Part shown: piece by piece, positions 1-11,892 of the stretch
How positions within the stretch are numbered: the stretch's first letter is position 1
How the letters are laid out: each line of letters begins with the position of its first letter
DNA from: Mustelus asterias
Lineage: Eukaryota
Direction: 5' to 3'
DNA: 64,000 nt
Assembly (NCBI RefSeq): GCF_964213995.1
Contig: NC_135804.1
Span: 43,524,001-43,588,000 of the forward strand
Translations under genes and position numbers: made by a program
Notes under the pieces: model-generated
The model's input: the letters and a program-made list of their open reading frames with translations, nothing else
The model's database searches: none
Told to the model about the DNA's origin: nothing

Positions 1-1304
1 TTTGTCTGACCGACTTTTATGGCTAATCTGAAATGTAATGAGTGGTCTTTGATTAGGAGGCATTAGGGTGATGCCTTTCATTTTGACGAGTAGTGAGTGG
101 GCGTGCTCAGACATCAGTTATCCTGAAGGTAGAGAATATTTTAAAACCCGGTAGCCTTTGCTTTCACTGATACCATTTTATTTCCTGGAATGACCCTCAG
201 GTTAGTTACAAATTACTGAAAACTTAAGGAAGTGCAGCGCAGCTGTTTGGATTTAGGAACATTCTTGTTACAATTAGGCCATGTTCTCTCGTCCCAAGGC
301 TAAAACTGAACAATGTTCGACAGTGAAATAAATATTCACGGGGTACAAGTGGTTTCACTAAAATATTGCAGTTGATGGAGTATGATTGAAAAGACACTCT
401 TGATAGCATCTTAATTAATGCAATACTTAATGGTTATGTATAATGGCAAAGTGAGTAGTTGATAATGAGGATGACAACAAAAAGGGTGAGATGAAAGGTA
501 AGATTATTTACTCGAGAATTAATTACTATCAGATTATAATACATGGTAAATAATAGAGATAATTTAATCATACCTTATTGAATTAGCTTAAAGCTTAATG
601 GTTGAAGTGAGTTCTGCAACATGTGTTTGAAGTGTAGTTAAAATTGCTTTTGGGATACATTGACAGAACGTGAAGAGTTCAAATGGACAGACAGCTGGAA
701 CCGTGGCGACACCAGTATTCATTTCACAATAGTTTAATACAATAATGAAAAAGGAAATGTATTGAAAAAATTCTAAAGCAGAGAATATTGAATCGCAATG
801 ATAATTGTGCATCAACTGTTTTGTCAAATCGAAGACACTCGGAAAAACTGTTGTGATTGACCTTTGATCTGTTATCTTCAATGATTTTGCTTGATCTGCA
901 TTCAGCAAAGACAATAGACACCCAAGCCCATTTCAACAAAATACCCATGAATGCCAGAATTCTGCTGGCAGCAACATTTTTTTTCTCTTTTGCTAAAACA
1001 CTAAAAATGTTTATACTTTAATTTTTAAATGCCTGGTCATTTTCTCTCTGCATTTGTAATCTGTGTATTTGCAATGATTGGCTTCTTGAAAACAAAAATG
1101 ACCATTGAAAGCAACCAATTCTATAATTGAAACGTGGTAAGCCACAAGTGATCTTGACTTCAATATTTAAATATTTTCCATCTTGTTCCTCTGTCCAATT
1201 TTCTTTAAAACTAGTATAGAGCCCTGCTATTGAATAAAAAGATACTAAGATGGTCAGAAAGAGAGCTAAGAGTGAGAGTAAGAGTGAGTAAAGAAGTAAA
1301 GGAG

Positions 1305-1542
1305 AAACTTCTTTACTCAGAGTTGTTGGGATTTGGAATGCGCTGCCTGGGAGAGTGGTGCAGGTGGATCCCATAGCAGGTTTCAAACAAGAGCTGGATA
1401 TATATTTGAATGTGATGAAGTTAGAGGGTCATGGGGATAGGGCTGGAGAATGGGACTGGCTGGATAGCTCTTTCGGCAGCCAGTACAGGTACGATGGACT
1501 GAATGGCCTCCTTCTGTGCTGTAAAATTCTATGATTCTATGA
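1305..1542 (+). mobile_element. CR1/HER1-type LINE 3' end fragment
   Basis: Encodes an FFTQ.V..IWNALP-like CR1 ORF2 C-terminus. Ends GAATGGCCTCCTTCTGTGCTGTAAAATTCTATGATTCTATGA, the tail shared with HE1 SINEs. Confidence 0.85.
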
Positions 1543-1980
1543 TATATTGCTTTGAGTGCAGCAGTTTTTCTTCTTGGACTTAACCATTGAGCATTGAATA
1601 ACTTTAACTTGGAAATCAGACAACCAGCAGATTCTTCTCTATATCAAGCATCCGTTATCTGTATCTTGTGTCACCACCACGTCTCCAGCTTCAGAACATT
1701 TTTACAGCTACAGTACCAAAATGAGACTAATTCGAGATTTAATGTACTCATCGAAAAACTCAACTCATTAAGTTTCGGAATTTATTTTTTCATTAAAATT
1801 TAAGCCACTAGCACCAATTAAAAATGCAAATCCATTTTCAGTTACACTTAATGGTTCCAGGAATCCAGTGAAAGGAATATGGTTAAGCAGAACAAATGAG
1901 ATAGTTACAGGAGTCCCTATAACTGGAGAGCTGTTGGGGAGAGGGGCATATGGGATGCATTGACTAATTTTACTTGAACA

Positions 1981-2326
1981 GCAACATGGTGACACAGTGG
2001 TTAGCACAGCTACCTCACGCCTTCAAGGACCCGGGTTCGATTCCCAGCTTGGGTCCCTGTCTGTGCGGAGTTTGCACATTCTCCTCGTATCTGCGTGGGT
2101 TTCCTCCAGGTGCTCTGGTTTCCTCCCACACTCCAAAGATGTTCAGGATAGGTTGATTGGCCATGCTAAATTTCCCCTTAGTGTCCCGTGATGCGTAGGT
2201 TAGAGGGGTTAGTGGGGTAAACATGTGGGATGACGGTGATTAGGGCCTGAGTGGGATTGTTGTCAGTGCAGACTCGATGGGCCGAATGGCCTCCTTCTGC
2301 ATTGTAGGAATTCAATGAATCTATGA
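1981..2326 (+). mobile_element. HE1-type V-SINE, full length
   Basis: tRNA-derived head (A box TGACACAGTGG, B box GGTTCGATTCC), V-domain GGAGTTTGCACATTCTCC...GGTTTCCTCCCAC, CR1-like tail. Confidence 0.92.
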
Positions 2327-3065
2327 GTGCGAATGCCTCAAAGATAAATTATTCTCTTTTTTTATAAAGTAGATCTAACTTTTTAAAATCCATTTACTGG
2401 TCTCCCTCTAATACTGAACAACAAGTTAAAGCAATAGCAGAAAGGAGGGAGGATCTGTCATTTTTGTGGGCAGAGCAAATAGACTGAATCATTCTGCCAA
2501 ACTAGCCTGCTGTCAGATGCAGTCAGTCATGCTTGCTTAAGGTGTGTGAATTATTGCAAATTTAGGCTGGTCACAGGCATTGTTCACGGCATTATTGTTG
2601 GTGTTCATCCAAGCGCTGAATAATGACCTCAGAAAGTCCTGTCATTGGAAACTCCTGACCAGACAGGACATTAAAATATCAGATGAGAATCAAATATTTT
2701 TGCTTTCATTTAAAAAAGAATACGTTGCTACGCTTCTTAATTAGTTTTACTTTCACCCATTATTGGAAGTACTGGCTTCTTATTCACCATTCGCAGACAA
2801 CTAACGTACTATCACGCCTCTACAAATGTTACTCATGAAACCATGTACAGAGAGGCATGTGAGAGCTGCTCTAGGGCATATCACCCTGTTATTTTCTATC
2901 TCTCCCTGTGGGGAAACACCTGCAAATTTCTAGTCTGCAGATAAATACCAAAGTTAAAAGGAAGCAAATTATCTTTCGAAGTACTGTTCACTTAATAGAG
3001 TCTTTGATTTAAAGAGGGTCGAGATGAGTTGAGCTAACATGGGATTGGATTTTACGTGGAGATGT

Positions 3066-3380
3066 GGCGGCTCTGTGGCACAGTGGTTAGCACTACTGCC
3101 TCACAGCGCCAGGGTTCCGGGTTCAATTCTGACCTTGGGTGGCTGTCTGTTTGCACGTTCTCTCTGTGTCAGTGTGGGTTTCCTCTGGGTGCACTGGTTT
3201 TCTCCCACAGTCCAAAGATGTGCGGGTTAAGTTGATTGGCCATGTTAAATTGTCTCTCAGTGTCAGAGGGGATTAGCAGAGCAAATGCGAGAGGTTACGG
3301 GGATGGGACTTGGATGGGATTGTCATTGGTGCAAGCTCGACGGGCCAAATGGCTTCCTTCTGCACTGTAGGGATTCTATG
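3066..3380 (+). mobile_element. HE1-type V-SINE
   Basis: Same head, V-domain and tail ending GGGATTCTATG. Confidence 0.92.
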
Positions 3381-3412
3381 TACTCCTCAGAAAAGTCAGT
3401 CTTGAACACGTC

Positions 3413-4459
3413 GGCCATGATTCTCTCAAAAAATTCAAAGTGCCAAATTTGCGTAAAAACTGGAGTAGCTCCAGTTGTTTTTTTTAGCGGGATTTTCAAA
3501 ATGAATCTCCCACACTCTGTGCACTGTAGGATGCCTCAGGGAAATTCACGCTGAAAATCAGAAGGCGGGGCTATTCCCACTGGAGAGGCCAGCAACATGG
3601 CACGAAGTGGGCCACTGCGCATGCGCCGATCTGTCATAGCGGAGATCGGCGCATGCCCAATAGCCCCGCAATGCTGGCCTCCCGATCGCTGGCCAGCCCT
3701 GCAACCCCACATCGCTGCCCCTCCGTTCTTCCCCCACCCCCCGATCGCTGGCCAGCCCTGTGACCTGGCATCACTGGCTTGCAGTACCCCCCACACACCC
3801 CCTCCAATCACTGGCCTCTCGGACATCTCCGGGCCAGCCCCAACCATTCCTCCTCCCACCCTGATGGCCAGCTCCGATCAGCCCCTTCCCTCCCTCTACC
3901 CCCGATCTATGCAGACTGGCAGTGGGAGCCCCCACCGATTGCCCCCTATAGGCCCTGCCCCCTCTGGCCCCACTTCCTTTACACTGCCCGATGTCTGGTG
4001 GGCAGTGCCAATGTGCCCCTTGGGCATTGCTACTTTGACATTGGGCAGTGCCAGGGGACCAGGGTAGCACTGCCAAGTTGGCAATGCCTAGGGGGCAAGG
4101 CCCCTTACCTCTGACCTCCTGGAGGGGCTCCTTGACCCCCCCTTCACTTCAGCCGGGTCGGGCCACCAGCTCCCTCTCCCCCTGCCCCGTTAATGGGGAA
4201 CTGTTGTAAACTGCGCTGGGATGAAACATTCCTGGCGCAGTGGGGGGCGGGGTGTGGGGGGGTAGAGGCTAGCGGGCCCGGAGACCTCAGTCCCGAGTCT
4301 GCTAATAAGATTTAAATTGCGATTGCAATATTCAAATCAGTGCCAGAAATCCAGGCTCTGGAGATGCGCAGAGGCCGTGGTGCCCAGCAGTGAGCCCGCT
4401 AAATGGCCTCCGCTGATGTCTCCTGACCGATAGCGCAGCGGGCTGGGAGAATTGCCCCC
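3413..4459 (+). mobile_element. ~1-kb non-autonomous TIR element (PIF/Harbinger-like)
   Basis: Imperfect TIRs GGCCATGATTCTC / GAGAATTGCCCCC around a GC-rich interior. Homologous to 19971-20640 (+) and 42756-43641 (-): shared aagtgcc, ggagaggccag, gcatgc blocks. Confidence 0.65.
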
Positions 4460-4499
4460 GGTGATCAGAATTCAACTGCCACACAGCAATAACACACTG

Positions 4500-5515
4500 G
4501 GAGCAGCCGGAATTGATTTGCCCGTGGTGCGTTCAGTGACGGACACGAGCAGAAAATCCAGTGCAAGCCAAAAGTCAGAAACCTGCAGTGAGATGCTGCC
4601 TTCTGCTTCAGGGAGGGATCCTTTTGCTTCTGGCTGCCAGACATCATGGACGCTCTCCTGAGGAGAGAGTGATATGAGTGTGCTGCACTGGAGTTTGAAT
4701 ATGGCGCTGAGACCTTCAAACAAGCCACCTGACAACTGGTGGGCGAATCAACTCCCAATCCACCAGGTGATTCGGAGAGTCACTCACTTGTGCATAATTA
4801 ATGAAGCAACAAGTGCAGAATCGGGCGAGACTTTACGTCATTCCGGCCAACGGGAATGGAGGCACCGAAAACCCCCATCACCACACTCCGACAAAGTAAT
4901 GGAAAATTCCGCCCTCAAAGCAGGTCTTCCACACCCGCCTGGGAGGTAGTCCTAGCCAACAGCTCTCCTCGTCCCAGCAGCAACACAAGCGAACACCGGC
5001 CACTGTTCCTCCCCAAGGAGGAAGTGTCCGGGAGCCGGGACTGACAGGTAAATCTGGGAGTTTGGACAGGCAGACCTGAGCAATGTAGAGGGTGGGAGGC
5101 AGGGGGAGCAGACCTGAGCAATGTAGAGGGTGGGAGGCAGGGGGAGCAGTAAAGCAGGGATATAAACTTGTATAGCTGTCTCCGATGGGCACAGGGGTCC
5201 TTCCAAAGAAGGTATGCCCCTCCCTCCTCACCTCCACCAGCCTGACTGCAGCCAGTGCTGTAAAAGTTGCCAAGTTGCCCGCCTTCCCTCCTCCTTCCCT
5301 GCACATGGTAAACAGTGGCAGAGGTGATATAAGGCCCTTATGTGGTCATGAATTGGCTACAAGGGCCTCAATATACCTCAGGGTGGGTAGGCTACCTGGC
5401 GCCTTCCCTGCCCTTTGTAATATGGGAGATAGGTCATTAGTGGGTGGGAAGACAGTGGGAAATCCACCTATTTATTTATGAATCCTGCCACCCACAAGCA
5501 CAAAAATCCAGCTTC
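4500..5515. mobile_element. Composite of older GC-rich TIR-element fragments
   Basis: TIR-like ends GGAAAATTCCGCCC (~4914) and AAAATCCAGC (~5510). Interior resembles 24190-24610, 25775-26300 and 55590-56140. Confidence 0.4.
5071..5149. repeat. Perfect 38-bp tandem duplication
   Basis: CAGACCTGAGCAATGTAGAGGGTGGGAGGCAGGGGGAG occurs twice in tandem. Confidence 0.95.
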
Positions 5516-5665
5516 TGAGATTTAGATCCCAATATGGGGGCTGCAAATTTTATGGGAAGTCCTTTTCTTTCATGTCCCCTTCACAAATTGTGGCACGGGG
5601 CAATGCCTATTTACAGGAGAATAAAAATCGGAATAGTTGAGACGCATTTCAACAAAGCAAACTAA

Positions 5666-5763
5666 GGCAGGGATTTTCCAGCTCCACCGTGGTGTGGCCA
5701 AGGCAAGGCATGGACTAGCTAATAGTTCATTGGCTTTCGGTGAGACTGGAAAATCCCCAGCCT
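5666..5763. mobile_element. ~97-bp MITE
   Basis: TIRs AGGCAGGGATTTTCCAG / CTGGAAAATCCCCAGCCT. Confidence 0.65.
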
Positions 5764-5960
5764 AAGTCTTCAGTCAAATTGGGACCTATTTAAGTTGCTC
5801 ATGTTTTGTGAATGAGTCTAATGAGGTGTATAACTGAGTGAAAATCAATTCTCTGCCAAAACACCCCCTTGAAGGTTGTAATAGAGGTTGAAGCCATAGT
5901 GGAAAATCCTGTCTGACATGGGTGAGATTTTCGTTAGGTAAATACAGGCGGGTAACACCC

Positions 5961-6212
5961 GCTCTGACGGAGAGTCATCCTAACTCGAAACGTTGGGCGG
6001 GATTTTACGGCCTCATTCGACCCGAGACCGGAAAATCCTGCCCGAGGTCAACGGACCTTCCCCATCTGCCCCTCGCCAGCTCCAATTCCTGTGCTGGGCG
6101 GAGCGATAGAATTCCACAGTTGGCTCCATTCTCTCTCCACAGATGCTGCCAGACCTGCTGAGGTTTTCCAGCGTCTCCTGTTTTCGTTTCAGATTCCAGC
6201 ATCCGCAGTAAT
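5961..6212 (+). mobile_element. Short hammerhead-bearing repeat (Penelope-derived/retrozyme-like), interrupted by a MITE
   Basis: CTGACGG-A-GAGT..ACTC-GAAACGTT followed, after the MITE, by CTCCACAGATGCTGCCAGACCTGCTGAG...TTTCAGATTCCAGCATCCGCAGTA. Related copies at 14127, 21225 and 27121. Confidence 0.75.
5995..6118 (+). mobile_element. ~125-bp MITE (PIF/Harbinger-like)
   Basis: Left TIR GGGCGGGATTTTAC, degenerate right TIR ATAGAATTCCACA, flanked by GTT/GTT. Confidence 0.8.
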
Positions 6213-7048
6213 ATGTTCATAACACAGTGCAAGGTTTCCCAATGTACAGGTGTGTAGGATAGCCAAAGTTTGGCATGTCAACCAGCCAGTCAAGATTGTT
6301 TAGGAGTCAGAGGCCAATGATGTGAGGATAAGTGGTTTTCAGGCATTTTGGATTTTATTTTTATCTTTTCCTCTGACCTCATATGAGCATTTATGTTAGT
6401 TTTTATGAATCATTTATGTTTTGTCTGGTCTCAACATCATTACTGGCACCAATATAGGAATCATTTTCTAGGCATTTGGAGGAGGTGCATGCAGAGTGAT
6501 GTTGGACAGGTCAGGCTGCACATGCGGTGCTCTGTGAATATAAAATAGTACCAATCAGTAAGCAAATGGAGTGAGCTGGATTGAGCGAAAACCTCAACCC
6601 TGTAAGTGAGAAAGAAATATCTTCAATGGATTTGAGAAACAAATCTGGGCAAGGGATAGCTTGTCCAAAAAGCATATATAGTACAGCAAATAAGGCATAA
6701 TAAATACTGCTGAAGCAGGCAAATGTGCATGGAATTTTTTGAAGCTGAAAGAAGTAGTGCTCAGTTCCATTTTTAGATATTGCTGGCTGTTCTCAAACTG
6801 GAGCAAGGGACTGGGATGTTGTCTTGATTAGCTAATTGATTGAAAGGGTTCCTCATTCACCCTTATTGACCTCAGTTTTACTGGGACTGCTTGGTGCCAC
6901 ATTTGCCTTAATGCTGAGGGTAACTACTCTCTTCTTTGGTCTGGCATTTAGTTATTGTGTGGAGATGCCGGCGTTGGACTGGGGTAAGCACAGTAAGAAG
7001 TCTCACAACACCAGGTTAAAGTCCAACAGGTTTATTTGGTAGCAAATA

Positions 7049-7085
7049 CCATAAGCTTTCGGAGCGCTGCCCCTTCGTCAGATGG
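7049..7085 (-). ncRNA. Minimal type I hammerhead ribozyme motif
   Basis: Minus strand CCAT-CTGACGA-A-GGGGC agc GCTCC-GAA-AGCT-T-ATGG: core boxes, stem II, palindromic stem III and 4-bp stem I. Confidence 0.8.
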
Positions 7086-7295
7086 AGTGGTTATCTGTTC
7101 TCAAACAGTGCAAACAGACACAGAAATCAAATTACAGAATACTGATTAGAATGCAAATCTCTACAGCCAGCCAGGTCTTAAATGTACAGACAATGTGGGT
7201 GGAGGGAGCATTCAACACAGGTTAAAGAGATGTGTATTGTCTCCAGACAGAACAGCCAGTGAAATTCTGCAAGCCAAGGAGGCAAGCTGTGGGGG

Positions 7296-7810
7296 TTACT
7301 GATAATGTGACATAAATCCAACATCCCGGTTTAGGGCGTCCTCATGTGTGCGGAACTTGGCTATCAGTTTCTGCTCAGCGACTCTGCGCTGTCGTGTGTC
7401 GTGAAGGCCGCCTTGGAGAACGTTTACCTGAAGATCCAAGGCTGAATGCCCGTGACTGCTGAAGTGCTCCCCCACAGGAAGAGAACAGTCTTGCCTGGTG
7501 ATTGTCGAGCGGTGTTCATTCATCCGTTGTCGTAGCGTCTGCATGGTTTCCCCAATGTACCATGCCTCGGGACATCCTTTCTTGCAGCGTATCAGGTAGA
7601 CAACGTTGGCCGAGTTGCAAGAGTAGGTACCGTGTACCTGGTAGATGGTGTTCTCACGTGAGATGATGACATCCGTGTCGATGATCCGGCACGTCTTGCA
7701 GAGGTTGCTGTGACAGGGTTGTGTGGTGTCGTGGTCACTGTTCTCCTGAAGGCTGGGTAGTTTGCTGCGGACAATGGTCTGTTTGAGGTTGCGTGGTTGT
7801 TTGAAGGCAA
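7296..7810 (-). pseudogene. Open C-terminal fragment of Penelope-like ORF (GIY-YIG domain); no RT and no native start
   Basis: GIY-YIG motifs VYL...YIG, catalytic R and E (AEQKLI) and the terminal LN motif are all in one open frame. Confidence 0.88.
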
Positions 7811-7877
7811 GAGTAGGTACACGGTACCTACTCTTGCAACTCGGCCAACGTTGTCTACCTGATAACTTTTTTAAAAA

Positions 7878-7945
7878 TCCTTTCATGGGATCTAAGCATC
7901 CGTGGCAAGGCCAGCATTTGTTGCTCATCCTTAATCACCCTTGCT
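7878..7945 (-). mobile_element. CR1/L2-group LINE extreme 3' end
   Basis: TCATGGGAT...GGCCAGCATTTGTTGCTCATCCTTAATCACCCTTG; same family as 9468, 28465 and 62158. Confidence 0.6.
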
Positions 7946-8111
7946 TGTTTCCAGAACTCAAAAGTTCTCTGTTCTTAATGTTTTAAAAATATTTTTGGAG
8001 TCACTCACTACCACAGAGGATTTGTGAGTTGCAGAGGGTCAATGGGGCAGAGCCTAGGTAGATAGGTAATTGGCCAAAGTCGACAAGGGGCCATAGGCAT
8101 CTCTCTCCAAT

Positions 8112-8381
8112 ATTTATTTATTTAATTAATTTTGTTTACTAGTGTCACAAGTAGGCTTACATTAACACTTCTATGAAGTTACTATGTTTGGGTACACAGA
8201 GGGAGAATTTAGCATGGCCAATGCACTAACTAGCATGTCTTTCGGACTGTGAGAGGAAACCAGAGCACCCGGAGGAAACCCACGCAGACGCAGCGAGAAC
8301 GCGTAGACTCCACACAGACAGTGACCCAAGGTGGGAATCAAACCCGGGTCCCTGGCGCTGTGAGGCAGTAGTGCTAACCAT
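8112..8381 (-). mobile_element. V-SINE with alternative 3' tail
   Basis: HE1-like head and V-domain, but the tail reads ...AACTTCATAGAAGTGTTAATGTAAGCCTACTTGTGACACTA on the minus strand. Confidence 0.85.
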
Positions 8382-8384
8382 TAG

Positions 8385-8547
8385 GGAGAGGCAATTGGTT
8401 ATATAGCTTGAGGGGCACCACTCCACATCAAGCATGGGTCAAGGCAAGGAGACAAATCCAAAGTCCACCCTCAGTCAAAATGGGAACTGACCTGCGCTGC
8501 TAACATTATTCTGAACCGCATGCTAGTCATCTAGCCAACTGAGTTAG
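8385..8547 (-). mobile_element. Old short tRNA-derived SINE
   Basis: Minus strand begins CTAACTCAGTTGGCTAGATG (A-box-like); homologous to 16200-16399. Confidence 0.55.
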
Positions 8548-9467
8548 GGTGTGATACCTCTCTCTAGAAAAAAAATCGTAGTGTGAGATAAAGATCTGGG
8601 ATGTAAAGCTCCTGCTTTACATTAATGTTAAGTTGTAACTGTTGAGATCTATCTTGATATTTGAAACTAAGCTAAGTTAATTAAATGTAGTTAAATCTCA
8701 GTACATGCCATTGAACCAAGTGGAGTATAATTGTACTGGAAACATCTATTTCTGGGAGACTTCAAATGCAGCATTAATTCAGTTGCTGACTACACATGTC
8801 ACTTCGAAGTCATTAATTAGGACATCCTCTTTTGCCAATACTTGAAAACAATGCAGCGCTGAATGCATAATATATTTGGGAATTCTGAAAAAAAAATGTT
8901 GGACGTTTCCCAATTTACCAATCAATCTAATCTGATAATCTGATCTGCTTTTATCACTGTACAAACATGTGCAATGACGTGCAACCAAATTTGAAGCTCG
9001 CATTTATCATGACACAAAAATGCTGTGAGGCAAGTTTCAGGTTCATTTTGTAGTTGAAGATATGTGCTTTATCTATTATCTGAGATTCTACTTAAACTAT
9101 GGATTGACCAAAATATTTATGTTCATCAATTTAACAATTGATAAAATTCAACCTTCCTTGTGGGGGACATTAAATACTGTAAGCAACCCACTTTAAAGTG
9201 TACCTAACTTTTAAATGTGTTTTAAAAAGGCCAATGTTTCCCCTCCCCTGCCCCCGACTTGCATTATTTCAATGGAAACCTGTCCTGCTTGGTGTATATT
9301 AATCATCTCTAAATGTTTTATTTTGCAACCATAATAACGGATGGAAGTTAAGAATATACTTGAATGGATTGGGAATGTGAAATTGGAGTGTACACATAGA
9401 CAGATCAGCTGAACTTGATTGTGCATGAATAGACTCAGTTAGCTCCAACATGGATTTTCTTTTGTAT

Positions 9468-10567
9468 TCTTTTATGGGATGTGGGTGTCATTGGCTAGGC
9501 CATCATTTATTGCCCATCCCTAACTGCCCTTGGAAAGGTGGTGATGAGCTGCGTACTTAAACCACTGCAGTTCCTGTGATATATGCACCTATGGAGCTGT
9601 TAGAAAGGGTGTTCCAGGGTTTTGATCCAGCGACAGTGAAGGAATGGTGATATTTTTCTACGTCAAGATACAGGGCTGGGATTTTCCAGCCTCGTGAGAT
9701 AGCCAGCGGGAATTCCGATGCCCCGCAGAATGGGGCATCAGCCAAAAATCGGGATTCCCGACGGGCGTTAAGGCAATCAGAATTCACACAGCCCCGATAC
9801 AATTAGCGGAGTTGATGTCCCATTTAAAAAGCCCCCCGCCCATGCATCTGGCCCTCCAGTGGGAACTGCACAGGGTGGGCTTTGGCATTGCTAATTACAA
9901 GCAGGGTCATGGCATGCTGGACCTCAAGGGTCCAGGGGAGCATCACCAACCCTTCAGAAAGCGGGGCATCCTCCCCCCTCCATCACTCAAATCACAGGGT
10001 CAGCCACCTCCCCCACACCACATAGGCATGCGGGTGATCTGATCCAACCCCACATCAGACACCCTCCCCCATCAGACTACCCACTCAGGCCCCCTCCTCC
10101 CTCAGACCCCCTCCTCCCTCAGACTCCCATCCTCAGCCCCACTCTCCCCTCAGGCCCCAATACGAGCCCCCTCCTCCCTCAACACTCATACTCAGACCCC
10201 GTATTCAGGTCACGTGCCTTGGCAGTGCCAACAGTGCACTGTCCCTTGGCACTGACACCCTGGCCTTGCTCTGAGAGGGGTCAAGGAGGTATGTCCAGTG
10301 GCCAGCTCACCCTCTGCTGCAGCCAAGGTGATGGGGGTGTTATGGTTGGACTACCTCATCTAGCTCTGGCAGACCTGAAGAACATCCCTAGCACCTACTT
10401 GGGGAGTTGCTGCAGTGCCTCTTGCAGATGGCACACATTGATGCCACTGAGCATCAGTGTTGAAGGTGGTTGATGGGGTGCCAAATAAGTGGGCCTCTGT
10501 TGTTGGTGCTGAACTCATCCAGGCAAGTGGAGAGTATTCCGTCACACTGCTGACTTGTGCCATGTAG
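9468..10567 (-). mobile_element. CR1/L2-group LINE 3' part split by a TIR element (~9673-10400)
   Basis: 10400-10567 encodes AQV.SV.EYSPLAWMS.APTT...GTPSTT (RT C-terminal region) and 9468-9670 is the 3' UTR. The insert begins GGGCTGGGATTTTCC and contains CTCAGACCCC-type low-complexity repeats. Confidence 0.7.
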
Positions 10568-10923
10568 ATTCACGCAGCCTTGATCAACATCTACATTCCT
10601 GCCTGTCAGCTGTGAAATGGCCAGGTCACTTTAATTTCCGTGCCCTCTGGTCACATTACCTACAATCAGTCCAATAAGTTGTACCATGGCAATTTAATAT
10701 TTGATTGATACATTGGCACAATTTATTTGGTTAAACATTTTTTTCAAACAAGCTATAAATTAACTTTTCCAATGTAAATTCACATTAAAATTGCTTTCAT
10801 ACTTGAAAAAATATTGTCATGTTGTTAACATGTGAATGTTATATGGTCACTGGTTAATGTCATTTAGTTAGCAAGAATTGTTGTCTCAAAATATTCTATT
10901 TTAAATATTATCCTTCATCACTC

Positions 10924-11247
10924 CATAGGATCATAGAATCCTTACAGAAGAAGGCCATTCGGCACATCAAGTCTGCACCTACCACAATCCCACCCAGGCC
11001 CTATTCCTGTAACCCCACATATTTACTCTGCTAACCCCTCCTGACACTAGGGTCAATTTAGCATGGCCAATCCACCTAGCCCACACATCTTTGTAGAGGG
11101 GGAGGAAACAGGAGCACCCAGAGGAAACCCACGCAGACACAGGGAGAATGTGCAAACTCCACACAGACAGTGACCCGAGGCCAGAATTGAACCCGGGTCC
11201 CTGGCGCTGTGAGGCAGCAGTGCTAACCCCTGTACCACCGTACCGCC
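10924..11247 (-). mobile_element. HE1-type V-SINE
   Basis: Reverse complement of the full head, V-domain and tail. Confidence 0.92.
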
Positions 11248-11892
11248 TTGTTCAGCATTTGGATTGCAAACTCTTGAGCAAAGCCTTCAAAGGAAAGCTG
11301 TTTATTCACTAATTCCCTTTCATCCATTTAATGATGGGAGCAAGACCAAAGAATAAATGGAAAGACCACTGGTGCTCGTTGATAAAACTCAAAATAATTA
11401 TCTTCCACAGCCCACTTTTTCCTTGCTGTCTTAAATTAATGATCAATGGGGACCACTGAGTCTTTGTGTAACAAGTTAGTAGGCATGAGACATACCTCAA
11501 AAACGCAGTGCTGTGGAAGGGATGGCTGATGCTCATTGCTTATATTGACACTGCACTCAATATCTGCTGCTGGATACATTCCATGAGAAGCTCCTAACAG
11601 TGTTTTACATTAGTTTTCCACCAATACCACCAGACTACTGAAATATAAGCATTACATAGGCTGCAAGCCAAACATAAGACTATTATGGCTTAGTAAGACT
11701 GGTGGCCTGGAAGACAGATTAAAAACAAGTGTTCGAAGCAGTTTGTTTTAACAATTTTCAGGCCTTTTATATTTGTCCTCTGTCCAGCCCTTTATAAACT
11801 GCATTGCAAGAACAAAGAGAGACAAGCACAGATCTGATGAAATATAAGAACCCCGCAAACCTGCTTTCCTCCATTGGGGTAAAATATCTATA

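Larger units (their letters stand above)
6958..7864 (-). mobile_element. Penelope-like retroelement 3' fragment (GIY-YIG endonuclease plus 3' UTR/pLTR)
   Basis: Reading frame 7296-7810 contains CxxC (CKTC), VVYLIRC...WYIGET..LRQRMNEH and LNRD. The 3' UTR has a hammerhead motif. A short inverted segment lies at 7815-7864. Confidence 0.92.

Noticed and set aside
1981-2060. tRNA genes at SINE heads
   Set aside because: A/B boxes run directly into the V-domain with no complete cloverleaf or terminator; these are SINE promoters.
5071-5149. CRISPR-like repeat (38-bp unit)
   Set aside because: Two adjacent copies with no spacer, in a vertebrate context with no cas genes: a simple tandem duplication.
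7811-7928. N-terminal part of the 210-aa ORF as a domesticated GIY-YIG gene
   Set aside because: The start and first ~40 codons come from a neighbouring LINE remnant and the inverted junction; the fusion is fortuitous.
11496-11510. 15-nt minus-strand microexon (CCCTTCCACAG / GTATGT)
   Set aside because: Short pyrimidine tract; expected by chance in 64 kb; no independent support.
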